Positions 62,865-64,000 of a stretch of DNA of 64,000 bases are shown piece by piece. The stretch is from Heterodontus francisci. Lineage: Eukaryota. Both the position numbers and the translations under genes were made by a program. The notes under the pieces are model-generated. The model made no database searches and was not told the origin of the DNA. It saw only the letters and a program-made list of their open reading frames with translations. Every line of letters starts with the position of its first letter. Within the stretch, counting starts at the first letter, position 1. The stretch is taken from contig NC_090380.1 of NCBI RefSeq assembly GCF_036365525.1, positions 17,608,001 through 17,672,000 of the forward strand. The letters are read 5' to 3'.

Positions 62865-63814
62865 GTAAAGCTCGAGGCCGCTCGGACGCTGACGTGCCCA
62901 CGGGGGTGGGGGCAGAGCTGACGGTGTGATGTCACAGTGGTTTCCATGGAGTCGGGGGGGGGTGGTGTGGAGTTATCGGCGCGAGGTCCTGGGCCAAATT
63001 CTTCACGAGCCGGGCTGCTGTAATTAATATCAGTTCCTCTATCTGGGAAGGTACCACCCGGCACCCCCGCCCCTCCCATGGTACATGCCAGCCAGATCTG
63101 AGGGCTCTGTTTAACTACAGCGGTCATCACCACCTCAGAGACAAGGCAGGGGTTTTTCTTACACTTCAACACCCGATACAAGGTTTCAGTTCGACCTTGA
63201 TACAGTGCAGTTGCCAGTTGGAATTGAAATAGCAATTTTGAAAATTTGATTTTTTTTTTTCCTTTTCCTTGTGTGGCTTTTGGCTTCCCCTGTATATACA
63301 GTCGAGTTCAGAAGACTTGTTTGTTCTAAGACTGTGGTGTCTTTCTCCACCTCCTTGAAGATTAAGTAGTGATCCACTGGCAATGCTCTGTATTTTTCTG
63401 CTCTCCATGTTGTGTTGACTACCTATTCCATTATTCCCTTCAATTGGTAGATGGGAAGCATCTGTTAAGGGTACCCAATCCTGCCATCAATTTAATTTTT
63501 TTTGCCAGAATTGCTGGATTGTCAGTGGAAATCATTCCTTTTCTCCTCGCTGATCTCCTCAGTCTGGAGTGTTAAGACCAGTGGTAGTGACTGTTCACTA
63601 TTGATCTTCCTGGGTTTCTCCACCCCCCCCCCCCCCCCCCCCTTGCCTCCACCCCTCCAGGGCTGTATGGGCCAGCTATTTAAAGGTTACTGTTTGATGT
63701 GACTGAGCTGGTCAGTGATGTATAAATAAGTGACCTGAAGTTATTGTAGCATTAGAACTTGAGACCTGGAATGCTATACTGTACTTACTAATGGCTATCT
63801 GTTTCTTTTGCCAG

Positions 63815-64000
63815 ATGATTTCGAGAACTGAAGGAGCAATTGATGACTCTTTAATCGGCGGCAATGCTTCCCAAGAATGTGTCGTGGAACAGGCTGAGTC
63901 TTCAACTGTCCGTGGTGTTGACATTATATTAAATCACAAGCTTCAGGAAGTTTGCTATAAGAAATCCATCTATAGAAGTTACATAAAGGATTATATGAAA
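63815..64000 (+). CDS. TPT1: TPT1 exon 3, partial ([21 protein letters not shown]...[12 protein letters not shown]...YIKDYMK)
   Basis: gccag|ATG acceptor; [11 protein letters not shown] and YIKDYMK are TCTP motifs; truncated by the window end. Confidence 0.96.
   Translation, partial: MISRTEGAIDDSLIGGNASQECVVEQAESSTVRGVDIILNHKLQEVCYKKSIYRSYIKDYMK

Noticed and set aside
62865-63814. SNORA31 or another snoRNA in TPT1 intron 2
   Set aside because: TPT1 hosts SNORA31 in other vertebrates, but I could not see a convincing H/ACA or C/D structure here; it may lie in later introns outside the window. A covariance-model search would settle it.

Overview
Vertebrate genomic DNA, most likely a shark (elasmobranch), judged from HE1-type V-SINEs, Deu-domain SINEs and abundant CR1/L2, RTE, Tx1 and Penelope elements. 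Two protein-coding genes lie head to head. COG3 is on the minus strand: coding exons 1-13 (42905 to 1367) all have GT-AG junctions and join into an open frame of 491 codons, and the gene continues off the left edge. TPT1/TCTP is on the plus strand: promoter with CRE, TATA and 5'TOP, then exons 1-3 from 62459, running off the right edge. The most unusual structure is a ~7.1 kb tandem array of 27/39-bp units (about 42995-50136) starting ~90 bp upstream of the COG3 ATG. Its acidic reading frame (VDLDVSAPS-type repeats) is in frame with COG3 exon 1, stays open through the degenerate non-repetitive distal flank, and is broken only by one 2-bp deletion. The unit also resembles a CpG-decayed CRE. Other observations: minimal hammerhead ribozyme motifs in two Penelope-type terminal repeat families, a Helitron derivative, a hAT element with 8-bp TSD, a three-level Penelope/Tx1/CR1 nest, and three further minisatellites. 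All homology calls come from recalled family motifs, not database searches.
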